64,000 bases of DNA from an uncultured virus (IMG/VR IMGVR_UViG_3300027659_000019) (taxonomy: Duplodnaviria; Heunggongvirae; Uroviricota; Caudoviricetes), in the IMG/VR virus record IMGVR_UViG_3300027659_000019; one strand, 5' to 3'. Below the pieces are notes generated by a model. That model saw nothing but the letters and a program-made list of their open reading frames with translations. It was not told the DNA's origin and ran no database searches. Both the position numbers and the translations under genes were made by a program. The stretch's first letter is position 1; each line of letters starts with the position of its first letter. Shown here one piece after another: positions 18,244-28,678 of the stretch.

Positions 18244-19029
18244 ATGGACACTGATAATAAAGTAACAAATGCTGACCTTTTTTCTCCACAGATTGTGGAC
18301 GCAATGGAGACAACAGCAACTGATGTTTTTCAGAATGAGGTGAACTCTGTGTATAGCGCAGACGACATTGCTAAGGCTCGTGAGCAAGAAAAAGCAAAGT
18401 TATATCCTCAAATGGAAAAGATGAAAGAAGAACTCGCATCTTTAAAGAAGGCTCGTGAAGAACAGGAATCTAAGGAAGCAGAACGTGATTCACGTATTGC
18501 TGAAGAGACTGCTCGTCAGGAAGCATTAAAGAGAGCACACGAGGAATCGGAACTCTCTGCTAAAGAACTCCTCGCAAAGAAGGAGCAAGAATTTCAGGCT
18601 CTACTAGAGAATGAACGTCTTGAAAGAGAACGTGCTTTTGCACTTCTTGACCAAGAGCGAAAGTTTCAAGAATTAACAACTTATCGCCAGAATCGTTTAG
18701 AACAAGAACGAGATAGCATCGTTCCTGAACTTATCGATTTGATCCAAGGCAATAATGAATCAGAAATTGAGCAAAGTATTACGATGCTCAAGGATAAGTC
18801 TGCAAGCATTTCATCTTCTGTTCAACAGGCGATGCAAACCGCAAAACAGCAAATGGCAGGAACCCGCATTACAGCGCCTGCCGCAGGACCCCTCGATAAT
18901 GACTCGTCACAACAATCCTATACACCCGATTCTATTCGGGACATGTCAATGGCAGACTATGCGAAACAAAGAGCCAAGTTACTTGGCAATGCAGCCAGCA
19001 ACCGTGGTCAGGGACTGTTCGATCGGTAA
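18244..19029 (+). CDS. Capsid scaffolding protein
   Basis: Charged coiled coil directly before the capsid gene; C-terminal IRDMSMADYAKQR. Confidence 0.8.
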   Translation: MDTDNKVTNADLFSPQIVDAMETTATDVFQNEVNSVYSADDIAKAREQEKAKLYPQMEKMKEELASLKKAREEQESKEAERDSRIAEETARQEALKRAHEESELSAKELLAKKEQEFQALLENERLERERAFALLDQERKFQELTTYRQNRLEQERDSIVPELIDLIQGNNESEIEQSITMLKDKSASISSSVQQAMQTAKQQMAGTRITAPAAGPLDNDSSQQSYTPDSIRDMSMADYAKQRAKLLGNAASNRGQGLFDR

Positions 19030-19068
19030 TCCCTCACAACCAACCCACTAAGAAAGGACTTGACCTAC

Positions 19069-20196
19069 ATGGCAAGTGCAATTACAGGTACTGGGCAACT
19101 CGCAGGAGCCCCAACCGCTTATTCAGGTTCAAACTCATCTTTGAACCAAGCAATTCAAACAATCTGGTCGAAGGAAATTCTCTTCCAGGCAATGCCAATT
19201 CTTCGCTTCGAACAGTTTGCTGTTAAGAAGACAGAACTTGGAGTTGCTCCTGGTCTACGCGTTAACTTCCTCCGTTACAAGAACTTTGCTGTCGACCCAT
19301 CACCTCTTACAGAAGGTGTGCGTATGACAACATCTGCACTCACAGCAGAGCAGATTGCAATCACAGTTGCAGAACACGGCTACGCAGTAGCAGTTTCTGA
19401 ACTACTCCTAAACGCATCATTCGATGACGTTATGGCATCTGCTTCACGCCTTCTCGGTCGCCACATGGCGCAGTACCTTGACATCCAAGCACGTAACACA
19501 CTTTCTGCAGCAACTTCTGCAGTATTTGGTTACGACCGCACAGGTGTACAGGGCGTCAACGACTGGTACAACGAAGGAACAGTAGCGACAGCAATTAGCG
19601 ACCTTGATGGTGCGTTCAAGTTGTCAACAGGTGCTGTTAAGGATGCGGCTCTTACCCTTGCTGGTAAGAACATCCCTCGCTTAGGTGAGACTTACGTAAT
19701 GTTCGTACACCCAAAGCAGTCACGTGACATTCGTTCAAACCCAGAGTTTATCGAAGTTACAAAGTACGCAGCACCAGGAAACTTCATGCTAGGTGAAATC
19801 GGTCGTTTGTACGACGTAGTATTCATCGAAACAACACAGGTTCGTTTGCTTGCTGCTTCAGGTTCATACACAACATCAACACTTGTTGGTGCTCCAGCAA
19901 CTGCAGGAACAGTTCCTGTTAAGTCTAACACTGCTCCAGGTAGTGGTGGAAACCCAGAGTCTGCAGATTACACTGCAGAAGCAGGTTACCTAACATCCGC
20001 AACTGGTAACTCAGCAGATGTTTACGAATCAATCATGATTGGTGACAACGCATTTGGTCACGCAATCAGCCTTCCAGTTGAACTACGTGACGGTGGCGTT
20101 CTTGACTTCGGTCGTGAGCACGCTCTTGCATGGTACGCAATCTGGGGTCTCGGTGTAATCACCGACCAGGCTATCGTCAAGGTTTACACAAACTAA
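19069..20196 (+). CDS. Major capsid protein (N4 gp56-like)
   Basis: LTEGV, FVHPKQ, GEIGRLYDVVFIET, DFGR..LAWYAIWG; position after the scaffold gene. Confidence 0.9.
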   Translation: MASAITGTGQLAGAPTAYSGSNSSLNQAIQTIWSKEILFQAMPILRFEQFAVKKTELGVAPGLRVNFLRYKNFAVDPSPLTEGVRMTTSALTAEQIAITVAEHGYAVAVSELLLNASFDDVMASASRLLGRHMAQYLDIQARNTLSAATSAVFGYDRTGVQGVNDWYNEGTVATAISDLDGAFKLSTGAVKDAALTLAGKNIPRLGETYVMFVHPKQSRDIRSNPEFIEVTKYAAPGNFMLGEIGRLYDVVFIETTQVRLLAASGSYTTSTLVGAPATAGTVPVKSNTAPGSGGNPESADYTAEAGYLTSATGNSADVYESIMIGDNAFGHAISLPVELRDGGVLDFGREHALAWYAIWGLGVITDQAIVKVYTN

Positions 20197-20208
20197 GACA
20201 CCGATGTC

Positions 20209-20245
20209 GTCTGGGGGCTCTACTCCTTCCTGGGCCCCCAGGCAC
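20209..20245 (+). terminator. Stem-loop after the major capsid gene
   Basis: CTGGGGGCTC...GGGCCCCCAG inverted repeat. Confidence 0.55.
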
Positions 20246-20281
20246 ATCACAACACAAAACTAACTTAGGAGAATACACACC

Positions 20282-20653
20282 GTGGCAAATACACCAACAA
20301 GTCCGCTTGATGCAACAGGCAAAGCAGCGGAAACAGCAGCAAAGAAAAATGCTGAACAATTAAGAAAGCGCAAAGACGAAATTTCTATTGCGGCACAAGT
20401 TGAGGCAGAAAGTTTGGAAAAGGATATTTTTGATCCTAAACATCCAGATGCTCCGCTAGTTCTAGACGAGATCGAAAACGTAGGCGTATCTACAGCAGGT
20501 GATATGGTCGTTATTCGTACCATTACCGACATTGATGACATGACTTATGGAGTAGGTAACTCTTACTCCTTTAAGGCTGGCGTTAAGTACCGCGTTCCTG
20601 CAGCACTCGCTTCGTACCTAGAACAACTAGGTTACATTTGGCGCCCTAACTAA
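20282..20653 (+). CDS. Hypothetical head-associated protein
   Basis: AGGAG RBS; head operon position. Confidence 0.75.
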   Translation: MANTPTSPLDATGKAAETAAKKNAEQLRKRKDEISIAAQVEAESLEKDIFDPKHPDAPLVLDEIENVGVSTAGDMVVIRTITDIDDMTYGVGNSYSFKAGVKYRVPAALASYLEQLGYIWRPN

Positions 20654-20678
20654 AAAGTTAGCACGTCTCAAGTAGTTC

Positions 20679-20730
20679 GACCCTCAACTGGTTCCCGCCC
20701 TCCTCCCAGTTGGGGGTTGGACCCTTTTTG
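20679..20730 (+). terminator. Rho-independent terminator-like hairpin
   Basis: CCCTCAACTGG...CCAGTTGGGGG followed by CCCTTTTTG. Confidence 0.6.
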
Positions 20731-20787
20731 CACTGTGTAAATATTGATTACACGAGATGATGAGCACAGTAATTTTACGGAGGTTAT

Positions 20788-21846
20788 GTGGCTACAACAG
20801 CAGGATTGGCAGATCGCCTACGTTACGAACTTGGTGACATTGGTCGATCGTTTGTTCATCAATTTATTGCTGATGGAACTACAAACCGTTTTTTAATCCC
20901 TTACTCTCCCCTTGATGGCGTTAATTTAGTTATTAATCGAGAGGGGGTCGACGTCTCAACTGATGCAGAGGTTGAAGAGGCCACGGGCCATATCGTCCTT
21001 GACGAAACCCCTGATGCAGGCGACGTCATTATTGTTGCTGGAAACTACTACAAGTATTTTACACCTGTTGAAGTTTGCCAGTACGTTGCAGACGCATTTG
21101 ACCAGCACACTGCTTTTCACACTGACAATTACGGCCGTACAATGAGCATTACAACGTTACCCACAATAGAAGAATACCCAGTAGTTATTTACGCATCTAC
21201 TCTAGCAATGTATACGCTGGCTACGGATGCCTCATTTGACATTGATATTACAGCCCCAGATGGCGTGATGATCCCCCGCTCTGAACGCTACCGTCAATTA
21301 ATGCAGATGATTGAAGTACGTAAAAATCAATACAAGGAACTTTGTTCTCAACTAAGTATTGGTCTGTACAAAATTGATGTGTTTACTTTGCGTCGGATTT
21401 CAAAAACTACCAACGAGTATGTCCCTATTTATCAACCACAAGAAATTGATGATAAATCAACTAAGACTAGAGTTCGTCTGCCTATCCCAACCTATGGAAA
21501 TGTTAAGCCTGTTCCAACAACTGTTGTTCAAGATCTAAATGTGTATTCAGGAGATGCATACGAATTTTCTATTCGTTTAGATTTTGAAGTTGACTTGTTA
21601 ACTCCACTGGCGCAAATTAGGGTACTACCAGGCGCTTCTTTTGCAATCACTGATTTTACTGTGACAAAACCAGATACTACTGAAGATGGCGATAATAAGC
21701 GCACATTAGTTCTTTCTCTTACAGGTGATCAAACACGTATACTGCCTGGAAAATCTTATTATGACGTACAATTAACAGACGCAGAAGGCGTTACCCACAC
21801 GTACGTTTCTGGATTAATTATTAAAACACCAGAGGTGAGCCAATGA
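20788..21846 (+). CDS. Head-tail adaptor/neck-like structural protein
   Basis: LRYELGD N-terminus; C-terminal Ig/BppU-like segment (YYDVQLTD); position. Confidence 0.6.
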   Translation: MATTAGLADRLRYELGDIGRSFVHQFIADGTTNRFLIPYSPLDGVNLVINREGVDVSTDAEVEEATGHIVLDETPDAGDVIIVAGNYYKYFTPVEVCQYVADAFDQHTAFHTDNYGRTMSITTLPTIEEYPVVIYASTLAMYTLATDASFDIDITAPDGVMIPRSERYRQLMQMIEVRKNQYKELCSQLSIGLYKIDVFTLRRISKTTNEYVPIYQPQEIDDKSTKTRVRLPIPTYGNVKPVPTTVVQDLNVYSGDAYEFSIRLDFEVDLLTPLAQIRVLPGASFAITDFTVTKPDTTEDGDNKRTLVLSLTGDQTRILPGKSYYDVQLTDAEGVTHTYVSGLIIKTPEVSQ

Positions 21847-22397
21847 GTCCAAATCAATACACCCGCCCAGGATCTGACACTGTTCCTATTGCGGTCAATA
21901 ACGTTGTCCTCATTACTACTCCAGAAGGAACTGTCCACGCATCAGGTTGCGGTTGTGGAAGTTGTTCTGGTGGAGGCGCAACAACAGGAGCCCAAGGTAC
22001 TCAAGGCGTTCAGGGTCGTCAGGGCACAACTGGTACTCAAGGTACACAGGGCGTACAAGGTACTCAAGGTCTTGGTACTCAAGGTGCAACAGGTGCTCAA
22101 GGCACTGCAGGTACTGCAGGTCTCCAAGGTATTTCTGGCGCTACATTGGACAATACAGATGATCTTACAGAAGGCGTTACAAATAAGTACTTTACAATTG
22201 GACGGGTATCGTACGAACACACTCAAGGGGTCACCAGCGACTCTTGGGTAATTGCTCATAATTTAGGCTTCAAGCCTAACGTTACAGTTGTAGACTCTGC
22301 TGGTAACATAGTTGAAGGTGAAATTGCGTATACTAATTCGAACTCATTAACGGTCTCTTTTTCTTCCGCTTTCTCAGGTAAAGCCTACATATCTTAA
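21843..22397 (+). CDS. Short collagen-like fibre protein
   Basis: GTQ/GAQ triplets; C-terminal WVIAHNLGFKPNVTVVD domain. Confidence 0.8.
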   Translation: MSPNQYTRPGSDTVPIAVNNVVLITTPEGTVHASGCGCGSCSGGGATTGAQGTQGVQGRQGTTGTQGTQGVQGTQGLGTQGATGAQGTAGTAGLQGISGATLDNTDDLTEGVTNKYFTIGRVSYEHTQGVTSDSWVIAHNLGFKPNVTVVDSAGNIVEGEIAYTNSNSLTVSFSSAFSGKAYIS

Positions 22398-22408
22398 GGA
22401 GATAGACC

Positions 22409-25237
22409 GTGGCCCGTAAATTTTTAACACCGATTGATCTAGGAAAACTTGAACTACAGAATGCTCGTATTCAAAACCTAGCATCAGTATCGGCACCAGC
22501 ATCACCAGTCGAAGGTCAGATTTACTATGACACTAACGACAAGGTAGTAAAGACCTGGAACGGTACTGCTTGGATCAACGCAAGCCAAGGTACCCAAGGC
22601 ACTACAGGAGCGCAAGGAACCACTGGTACCCAAGGCACTACTGGTACCCAAGGCACTACTGGTACACAGGGCACTACAGGAACCCAAGGAACTGAAGGTG
22701 CCCAAGGCACTACAGGTACACAAGGAACAAACGGCTCTAACGGTGCTCAGGGAACAACAGGAGCGCAGGGCGAAACAGGTACACAAGGAATTGAAGGAGC
22801 GCAAGGTACTACAGGTACACAGGGCACTACAGGTACACAGGGCACTACAGGTGCTCAAGGTACTGAAGGTGCTCAAGGTACTGATGGCGCACAGGGTACA
22901 ACAGGAACCCAAGGTGAAACAGGTACACAAGGTATTACTGGTACCCAGGGTGAGACTGGTGTTGCAGGTTCATTTGGTGGCGTAACTGTTCAGTACTACA
23001 TTGATACTACTAGTTACACTGTTGCCGACCCAGGCGATAACTACGTAAAGTTTAACAACGCAACACTTTCAAGTGCAACACACTTAGTAATTGATGACAA
23101 TCCACTTGATGGAAACTTTGATTTAACACCATTCTTAAGCACAATCGATGACTCAACTTCTACAATCAAGGGTCACGTTAAGATTTCTAAGAAGTTCGAT
23201 GCATCAACATTTGCACTATTTACAATCTCTGGGCTAACACATGTGGGTCCAGGAGCCGCTTCCTACCACGATGTAACCGTTGAGTATGTATCTGGTAACG
23301 GATCTTTTGCTGACAACGATGAGACACTACTTACCTTTGCTCGTACTGGTGATGTCGGTGCCCAAGGAACTACAGGTGCACAGGGAGAGACTGGTACACA
23401 AGGTACTGTTGGTGCCCAAGGAACCACTGGTACCCAGGGTGAAACTGGTACGCAAGGTACTACAGGTACTCAAGGAGAAACAGGACTTCAGGGTGCTGAA
23501 GGTCTACAAGGTCAAACTGGAGCCCAGGGCACTACAGGTTCACAGGGAACTACTGGATCTCAGGGAGAAACTGGTCTACAAGGTCAAACTGGTGCACAGG
23601 GAACTACTGGTACCCAGGGAACCACAGGTACGCAAGGAGAAACTGGTCTACAAGGTCAAACTGGTGCACAGGGAACTACTGGATCTCAGGGAACTACTGG
23701 TACTCAAGGTGAGACTGGTACACAAGGAACCACGGGAGCCCAAGGTACAACAGGCTCCCAGGGAACTACAGGTTCACAGGGTGTACAAGGCCACTCAGAT
23801 CGTTATAAGACAACCTCTACTACTTCACGTACAATTGCGGTAGCAAACAACGTTTCGTTTGTACTTGCTGATGCTGCTCTTTCTTATTCTGTAGGACAAG
23901 ACGTAGTAGTTGCTTACGATGCAAACAACCACATGTCTGCAACTGTAGTCAGTTACACATCAGGAACTGACACTCTTGTTGTAAATGTTAACGACATTGT
24001 TGGTTCAGGAACTTACGCTGCATGGTCAATCAACCTTGACGGTGCTACAGGTGTACAGGGTACGACTGGTGCTCAAGGTACTGCTGGCGCCCAAGGTACA
24101 ACAGGCACCCAGGGTACAACAGGTACTCAAGGTACGACTGGCACCCAGGGAACTACAGGCTCTCAAGGCACTACAGGTGCTCAGGGCGAGACAGGACTTC
24201 AAGGACAGACAGGAGCCCAAGGTACAATTGGAGCCCAAGGTACGACAGGCTTGCAAGGCGAGCAAGGTCTACAGGGTTACACAGGAGCACAGGGCACCAT
24301 TGGTGCTCAAGGTGAGACTGGTACCCAGGGAACCACTGGAACTCAGGGAACCACAGGTTCACAAGGAACTACAGGCTCACAAGGTACAACTGGCGCCCAG
24401 GGAACAACAGGCGCCCAAGGTATCCAAGGTGAGAATGCTGGAATCCTCTCTGTAGGTTCTGGTCTATCACTTTCAGGTGGTGGAGCACTCACAGTTGATA
24501 CCACAACTATTGCTACAAAGGCATATGTTGATGCAACTGCAAGCGGACTAGATGTTAAAGCATCAGTTCGTGTAGCAACTGCAGTGGCTGGAACTCTTGC
24601 AACATCGTTTGAAAATGGCGATGTGGTAGATGGAGTAACGCTTGCTACTGGCAACAGAATCCTTATTAAGAATCAGGCAACTGGCTCAGAAAACGGTATC
24701 TATACCGTAAATTCAACAGGTGCGCCTACTCGCGCAGAAGATGCAAATCTAAGCGCAGAAGTTACCGCTGGCCTATTTACCTTCGTATCAGAGGGTACAA
24801 CCAATGGAAACACTGGTTGGGTTCTTACAACAGACGATGCAATAACACTTGACACTACAGCACTTACATTCTCACAGTTCTCAGGGGCTGGAACGTATCT
24901 GGCTGGGGACGGTATTGATTTAACTGGTTCAACATTTAGTGCAAAACTTGATACCGCTTCTGGACTTTCTAAGTCTGCAAATGGTCTTAAGATTGACACA
25001 GCAGTTGTTGTACGCAAGTACGCATCTACCATTACACCAGCATCTCCATACTCTCAAACTCAATGGACGTTGACCCACGCTTTGGGAACAACAGACATTC
25101 AGGTCAAAATCTATGAAGTCTCTAGCGCAATGGAAGTTGTAACAGATGTTACATACATTACTGACACAACAGTGACTATCGGGTTTGCAGTTGCTCCTGC
25201 TTCAGGAGAAACTTACCGAGTAGTAGTCCAAGCGTAA
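22409..25237 (+). CDS. Long collagen-like fibre protein
   Basis: Three (GTQ-GTT)n tracts separated by globular domains; tail-fibre-like segment ATKAYVD..GLDVKASVRVAT..RILIKNQ..ENGIY. Confidence 0.85.
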   Translation: MARKFLTPIDLGKLELQNARIQNLASVSAPASPVEGQIYYDTNDKVVKTWNGTAWINASQGTQGTTGAQGTTGTQGTTGTQGTTGTQGTTGTQGTEGAQGTTGTQGTNGSNGAQGTTGAQGETGTQGIEGAQGTTGTQGTTGTQGTTGAQGTEGAQGTDGAQGTTGTQGETGTQGITGTQGETGVAGSFGGVTVQYYIDTTSYTVADPGDNYVKFNNATLSSATHLVIDDNPLDGNFDLTPFLSTIDDSTSTIKGHVKISKKFDASTFALFTISGLTHVGPGAASYHDVTVEYVSGNGSFADNDETLLTFARTGDVGAQGTTGAQGETGTQGTVGAQGTTGTQGETGTQGTTGTQGETGLQGAEGLQGQTGAQGTTGSQGTTGSQGETGLQGQTGAQGTTGTQGTTGTQGETGLQGQTGAQGTTGSQGTTGTQGETGTQGTTGAQGTTGSQGTTGSQGVQGHSDRYKTTSTTSRTIAVANNVSFVLADAALSYSVGQDVVVAYDANNHMSATVVSYTSGTDTLVVNVNDIVGSGTYAAWSINLDGATGVQGTTGAQGTAGAQGTTGTQGTTGTQGTTGTQGTTGSQGTTGAQGETGLQGQTGAQGTIGAQGTTGLQGEQGLQGYTGAQGTIGAQGETGTQGTTGTQGTTGSQGTTGSQGTTGAQGTTGAQGIQGENAGILSVGSGLSLSGGGALTVDTTTIATKAYVDATASGLDVKASVRVATAVAGTLATSFENGDVVDGVTLATGNRILIKNQATGSENGIYTVNSTGAPTRAEDANLSAEVTAGLFTFVSEGTTNGNTGWVLTTDDAITLDTTALTFSQFSGAGTYLAGDGIDLTGSTFSAKLDTASGLSKSANGLKIDTAVVVRKYASTITPASPYSQTQWTLTHALGTTDIQVKIYEVSSAMEVVTDVTYITDTTVTIGFAVAPASGETYRVVVQA

Positions 25238-25255
25238 TAAAAGGAGTTAACTAGT

Positions 25256-25471
25256 ATGGCCCGTAAGTTTGTTGTACCACTAGGCCTTTTGCCTGCTGCC
25301 AACGATCCTACGGGCCAGACTGCTGGTGATACTTATTACAACACCACATATAACACAATTAAGACTTATGATGGTGCAATGTGGAACTCTGTAGGTGACA
25401 GTGTTATAAATATTAATGGCGGAACTCCGTCTGAGACATATTTAATTGAACTTGATGGAGGTACACCATAA
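25256..25471 (+). CDS. Small fibre-associated protein
   Basis: MARKF N-terminus like the 22409 protein; GDTYYNT. Confidence 0.75.
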   Translation: MARKFVVPLGLLPAANDPTGQTAGDTYYNTTYNTIKTYDGAMWNSVGDSVININGGTPSETYLIELDGGTP

Positions 25472-26721
25472 TGGCAACAAAGATTCAAGTGCGTCGTGGT
25501 ACTGGGACACAGTGGACAAATGCTAACCCAACTTTAAGCGTGGGTGAAATTGGTTATAACACTACCAACAATCAATTTAAAATTGGTGATGGAAACACAG
25601 CATGGAATTCACTTGACTACTTCACAGGAGTTCAAGGAACCACTGGAACACAGGGAACTACGGGTACTCAAGGAACTACTGGAACCACTGGTACCCAAGG
25701 CACTACAGGCACCCAGGGAATTCAAGGTACCGATGGTACCCAGGGAACAACAGGCGCCCAAGGAACAATCGGTGGAACTGGATTACAAGGAGTAGAAGGA
25801 CCCGCAGGTACCCAAGGAGTTCAAGGAACTATAGGTTCTCAGGGAACCACTGGTACACAGGGAACCACAGGTACACAGGGCGCTACAGGTACACAGGGTA
25901 CCGACGGTACCCAGGGAACAACAGGTACACAGGGCACGACTGGTACACAGGGTACGACTGGTACACAGGGAGCAACAGGTACAACTGGAGCCCAAGGTGC
26001 TACAGGAACACAGGGAGAGACTGGGTTACAGGGCGCAATCGGTGCTCAGGGTACAACAGGTACCCAAGGTACTACAGGAACCCAAGGTACGACTGGCACC
26101 CAGGGAATTCAAGGTACCGATGGTACCCAGGGAACTACGGGTACTCAAGGAACTACTGGTACCCAGGGAATTACAGGACAAAACGGTAACTTTGGTGGCG
26201 CTACATTTGACTATACATATAGTACAACTGTAACTGCAACAGACCCAGGTGTTGGAAAGATTCAATTTAACAATGCAACTTTATCATCTGCAACGGTTTT
26301 GTACATTGACTCATCTAACGATGAAAGCACCGATATCTCATCTTTCTTAAACACTATTGATGACTCTACATCTACCGTTAAGGGTCACTTCAGAGTTTCT
26401 AAAAAGTTTGATGCTTCAGTATTTGCGCTTTATACAATAACTTCTCTTACTAACAATACGGGATGGTTTACAGTCAACTGTTCTTATGTATCTGGTAACG
26501 GATCTTTTGCAAACCTAGAAGACATAATTATCACTTTTGCTCGTACTGGTGATCAAGGTGATACTGGTGCCCAAGGAACCACTGGTGCTCAAGGAACAAC
26601 AGGTGCTCAAGGAACGACAGGTACACAAGGTACAACTGGAGCCCAAGGTGCTACAGGAACCCAAGGAACTACTGGTACAATTTCTCCTGATGATTCTTGG
26701 TATTACGCTCTAGTCTTCTAA
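25471..26721 (+). CDS. Collagen-like fibre with an Mtd/hyaluronidase-type N-terminal domain
   Basis: KIQVRRGT..W..ANPTL..GEIG...FKIGDG..AWNSL, then GTQ/GTT repeats. Confidence 0.85.
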   Translation: MATKIQVRRGTGTQWTNANPTLSVGEIGYNTTNNQFKIGDGNTAWNSLDYFTGVQGTTGTQGTTGTQGTTGTTGTQGTTGTQGIQGTDGTQGTTGAQGTIGGTGLQGVEGPAGTQGVQGTIGSQGTTGTQGTTGTQGATGTQGTDGTQGTTGTQGTTGTQGTTGTQGATGTTGAQGATGTQGETGLQGAIGAQGTTGTQGTTGTQGTTGTQGIQGTDGTQGTTGTQGTTGTQGITGQNGNFGGATFDYTYSTTVTATDPGVGKIQFNNATLSSATVLYIDSSNDESTDISSFLNTIDDSTSTVKGHFRVSKKFDASVFALYTITSLTNNTGWFTVNCSYVSGNGSFANLEDIIITFARTGDQGDTGAQGTTGAQGTTGAQGTTGTQGTTGAQGATGTQGTTGTISPDDSWYYALVF

Positions 26722-26736
26722 AAGAAAAGGATAAAA

Positions 26737-27072
26737 ATGGCTACATATACAACTAAGGAACTCAAAGCAGCCGCTACTCTCACAGCCAGCGCTGCTTCCT
26801 TGTACACTGTCCCTGCGTCCACAACCACAACAGTAAAGACCATTCTTTTGGCTAATTACAGCGCTGTTGATGCTCGTGCGACTCTTCACATTGTTCCTAG
26901 TGCTGGTTCTGCTTCTGCTGCAAATAAAGTTTATGGTGAAGTTTTAGTTTCGGCTAATACCACACTACAGATTGATACTGCTATTGTTATCCCTACAGGT
27001 GCCTCCATCCATGGTCTTGCCTCTGCAACCAGTTCCATCAACGTTCACATATCTGGAGTAGAAATTTCATAA
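26737..27072 (+). CDS. Small virion structural protein
   Basis: LYTVPASTTTTVKTI...ISGVEIS; resembles 35568..35900. Confidence 0.75.
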   Translation: MATYTTKELKAAATLTASAASLYTVPASTTTTVKTILLANYSAVDARATLHIVPSAGSASAANKVYGEVLVSANTTLQIDTAIVIPTGASIHGLASATSSINVHISGVEIS

Positions 27073-28664
27073 TGTCCCTTTCATCCGTACCTATCGTGGT
27101 CAACACCCGCTTAGGCGGGTTGTTTGCATACGGTAATGGTTCAGACGGAAATGTGACCCTGACGGTTAATACGACTCTTACTAGAGACATGTATTACAAC
27201 AATCTGACGATTAACTCAGGTGTCAATCTTGATCCTGCTGGCTACCGTATTTTTGTCAAAAGCACTTTGACCTTTGTTGATGGCACCTCTAAAATTTCTC
27301 GTCTTACTAATACAACTGCTGTTGGAACTATTGGTGGAGGAGCAACTGTTGGAAATAACGCCTCTAGTTCTTTAGGCGGCAATAGTGGTGACACAACTGC
27401 AACACAGATTGCTGCAGGAAAAGAGTTTTACTACAACATTACAAGTTTAATTTCAACCCTATACATCGATGCAACTACAGGTGATGTATCTGCTATTTCT
27501 GGTGGAGCAGGCGGATCAACTGGAGCAGCAGGTGCGACAGGTAATGCAGGAACTTCTAACTCTGGATCTGCAGGCTCTGCAGGAAGTTACCCACCAAGTG
27601 CAAACTCAGTTGGTGAGGCAGGTGGGAAAGGAGCAACAGGTACTGCAGGTACTGCAGGTACTGGAGGAGCAGGCGGTGCTGGAGGTTTGGGTGGGGCAGG
27701 TGGCGGAGTAGTTATAGTTCTTGCTAAGACTATTGTTGGTGATGGTGTCATTGCAGTAAACGGTGTAGCAGGTTCTGCAGGTTCTGCAGGTGCTCCAGGT
27801 AATGCAGGAACTGCTGGTACAGCAGGTGCTCCTGCTCCAACTTTATACTTAAGTGGTAATGCCTCTGTGTATAACTCTCCAACAACTCCTGTAGCAACGT
27901 ATAACGCACCAAAGTATACATATACCGCAGGTAGTGGATCATTTTCAAATGCTAACAACGCACCTAAGTATACTTTTACTGCAGGTACTGGCGCAACAAC
28001 AAATGCAAATAATCCACCTTCATACAGTTATAGCCCAGGTAGTGGCGCATTTACAAATGCAAATAATCCACCTTCTTATACTTACACAGCAGGTAATACA
28101 AACCCACCTGGTTCAGTTTTAGAAGGTTTTGGTAACCAGGTTAGTGCGAATAAATGGAATGCTCCCACTTATAGTTTTAGTCCAGGAAACACTAATGCTG
28201 CTTCGTATACATATAGCCCAGGTAGTGGCGCAACAACAAATGCAAATAATCCACCTTCATACAGTTATAGCCCAGGTAGTGGCGCAACAACAAACCCTAA
28301 CAACTCACCAACGTATACTTACACCGCAGGTACTGGATCAACTGTAAATGCAAACAACGTACCTACATACACTTTTACTGCAGGTACTGGACTTACCTAT
28401 AACACGGTCGCAGGGAATGCATCTACGTATAACACGCCCCTTACCTATCCAGGAGGTGCGGGAGGTGCGGGAGGAACAGCCACATCTGGAGGAACAGGTG
28501 CAACAGGAAGTTCTGGATTTGTTGGTGGAGGTGGAGTTTTGTTTGTAATGTCCACCAGCACACTCCCAGTTGGGTTAACAACTAGTGCAGCACCTGGTGC
28601 TACAGGGCAGTCAGGAACTTCTTCTGCGGGTACAATTGTCCTTATTAATCATGAAGTAATCTAA
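27072..28664 (+). CDS. Gly-rich fibre/adhesin with internal 18-aa repeats
   Basis: Poly-Gly tracts; repeats such as NANNPPSYSYSPGSGATT. Confidence 0.75.
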   Translation: MSLSSVPIVVNTRLGGLFAYGNGSDGNVTLTVNTTLTRDMYYNNLTINSGVNLDPAGYRIFVKSTLTFVDGTSKISRLTNTTAVGTIGGGATVGNNASSSLGGNSGDTTATQIAAGKEFYYNITSLISTLYIDATTGDVSAISGGAGGSTGAAGATGNAGTSNSGSAGSAGSYPPSANSVGEAGGKGATGTAGTAGTGGAGGAGGLGGAGGGVVIVLAKTIVGDGVIAVNGVAGSAGSAGAPGNAGTAGTAGAPAPTLYLSGNASVYNSPTTPVATYNAPKYTYTAGSGSFSNANNAPKYTFTAGTGATTNANNPPSYSYSPGSGAFTNANNPPSYTYTAGNTNPPGSVLEGFGNQVSANKWNAPTYSFSPGNTNAASYTYSPGSGATTNANNPPSYSYSPGSGATTNPNNSPTYTYTAGTGSTVNANNVPTYTFTAGTGLTYNTVAGNASTYNTPLTYPGGAGGAGGTATSGGTGATGSSGFVGGGGVLFVMSTSTLPVGLTTSAAPGATGQSGTSSAGTIVLINHEVI

Positions 28665-28678
28665 GAAACGAGGATCTT

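Noticed and set aside
21889..26265. Many alternative-frame and antisense ORFs over the collagen genes
   Set aside because: Artefacts of stop-free triplet repeats
22580..26680. Regular short DNA repeats that could suggest a CRISPR array
   Set aside because: In-frame 9/18-bp collagen codons with no unique spacers and no cas genes
27900..28400. Near-identical repeats, plus an Mtd-like N-terminus at 25471, suggesting a diversity-generating retroelement
   Set aside because: No reverse transcriptase in the window; the repeats are in-frame within one gene and I saw no adenine-specific pattern
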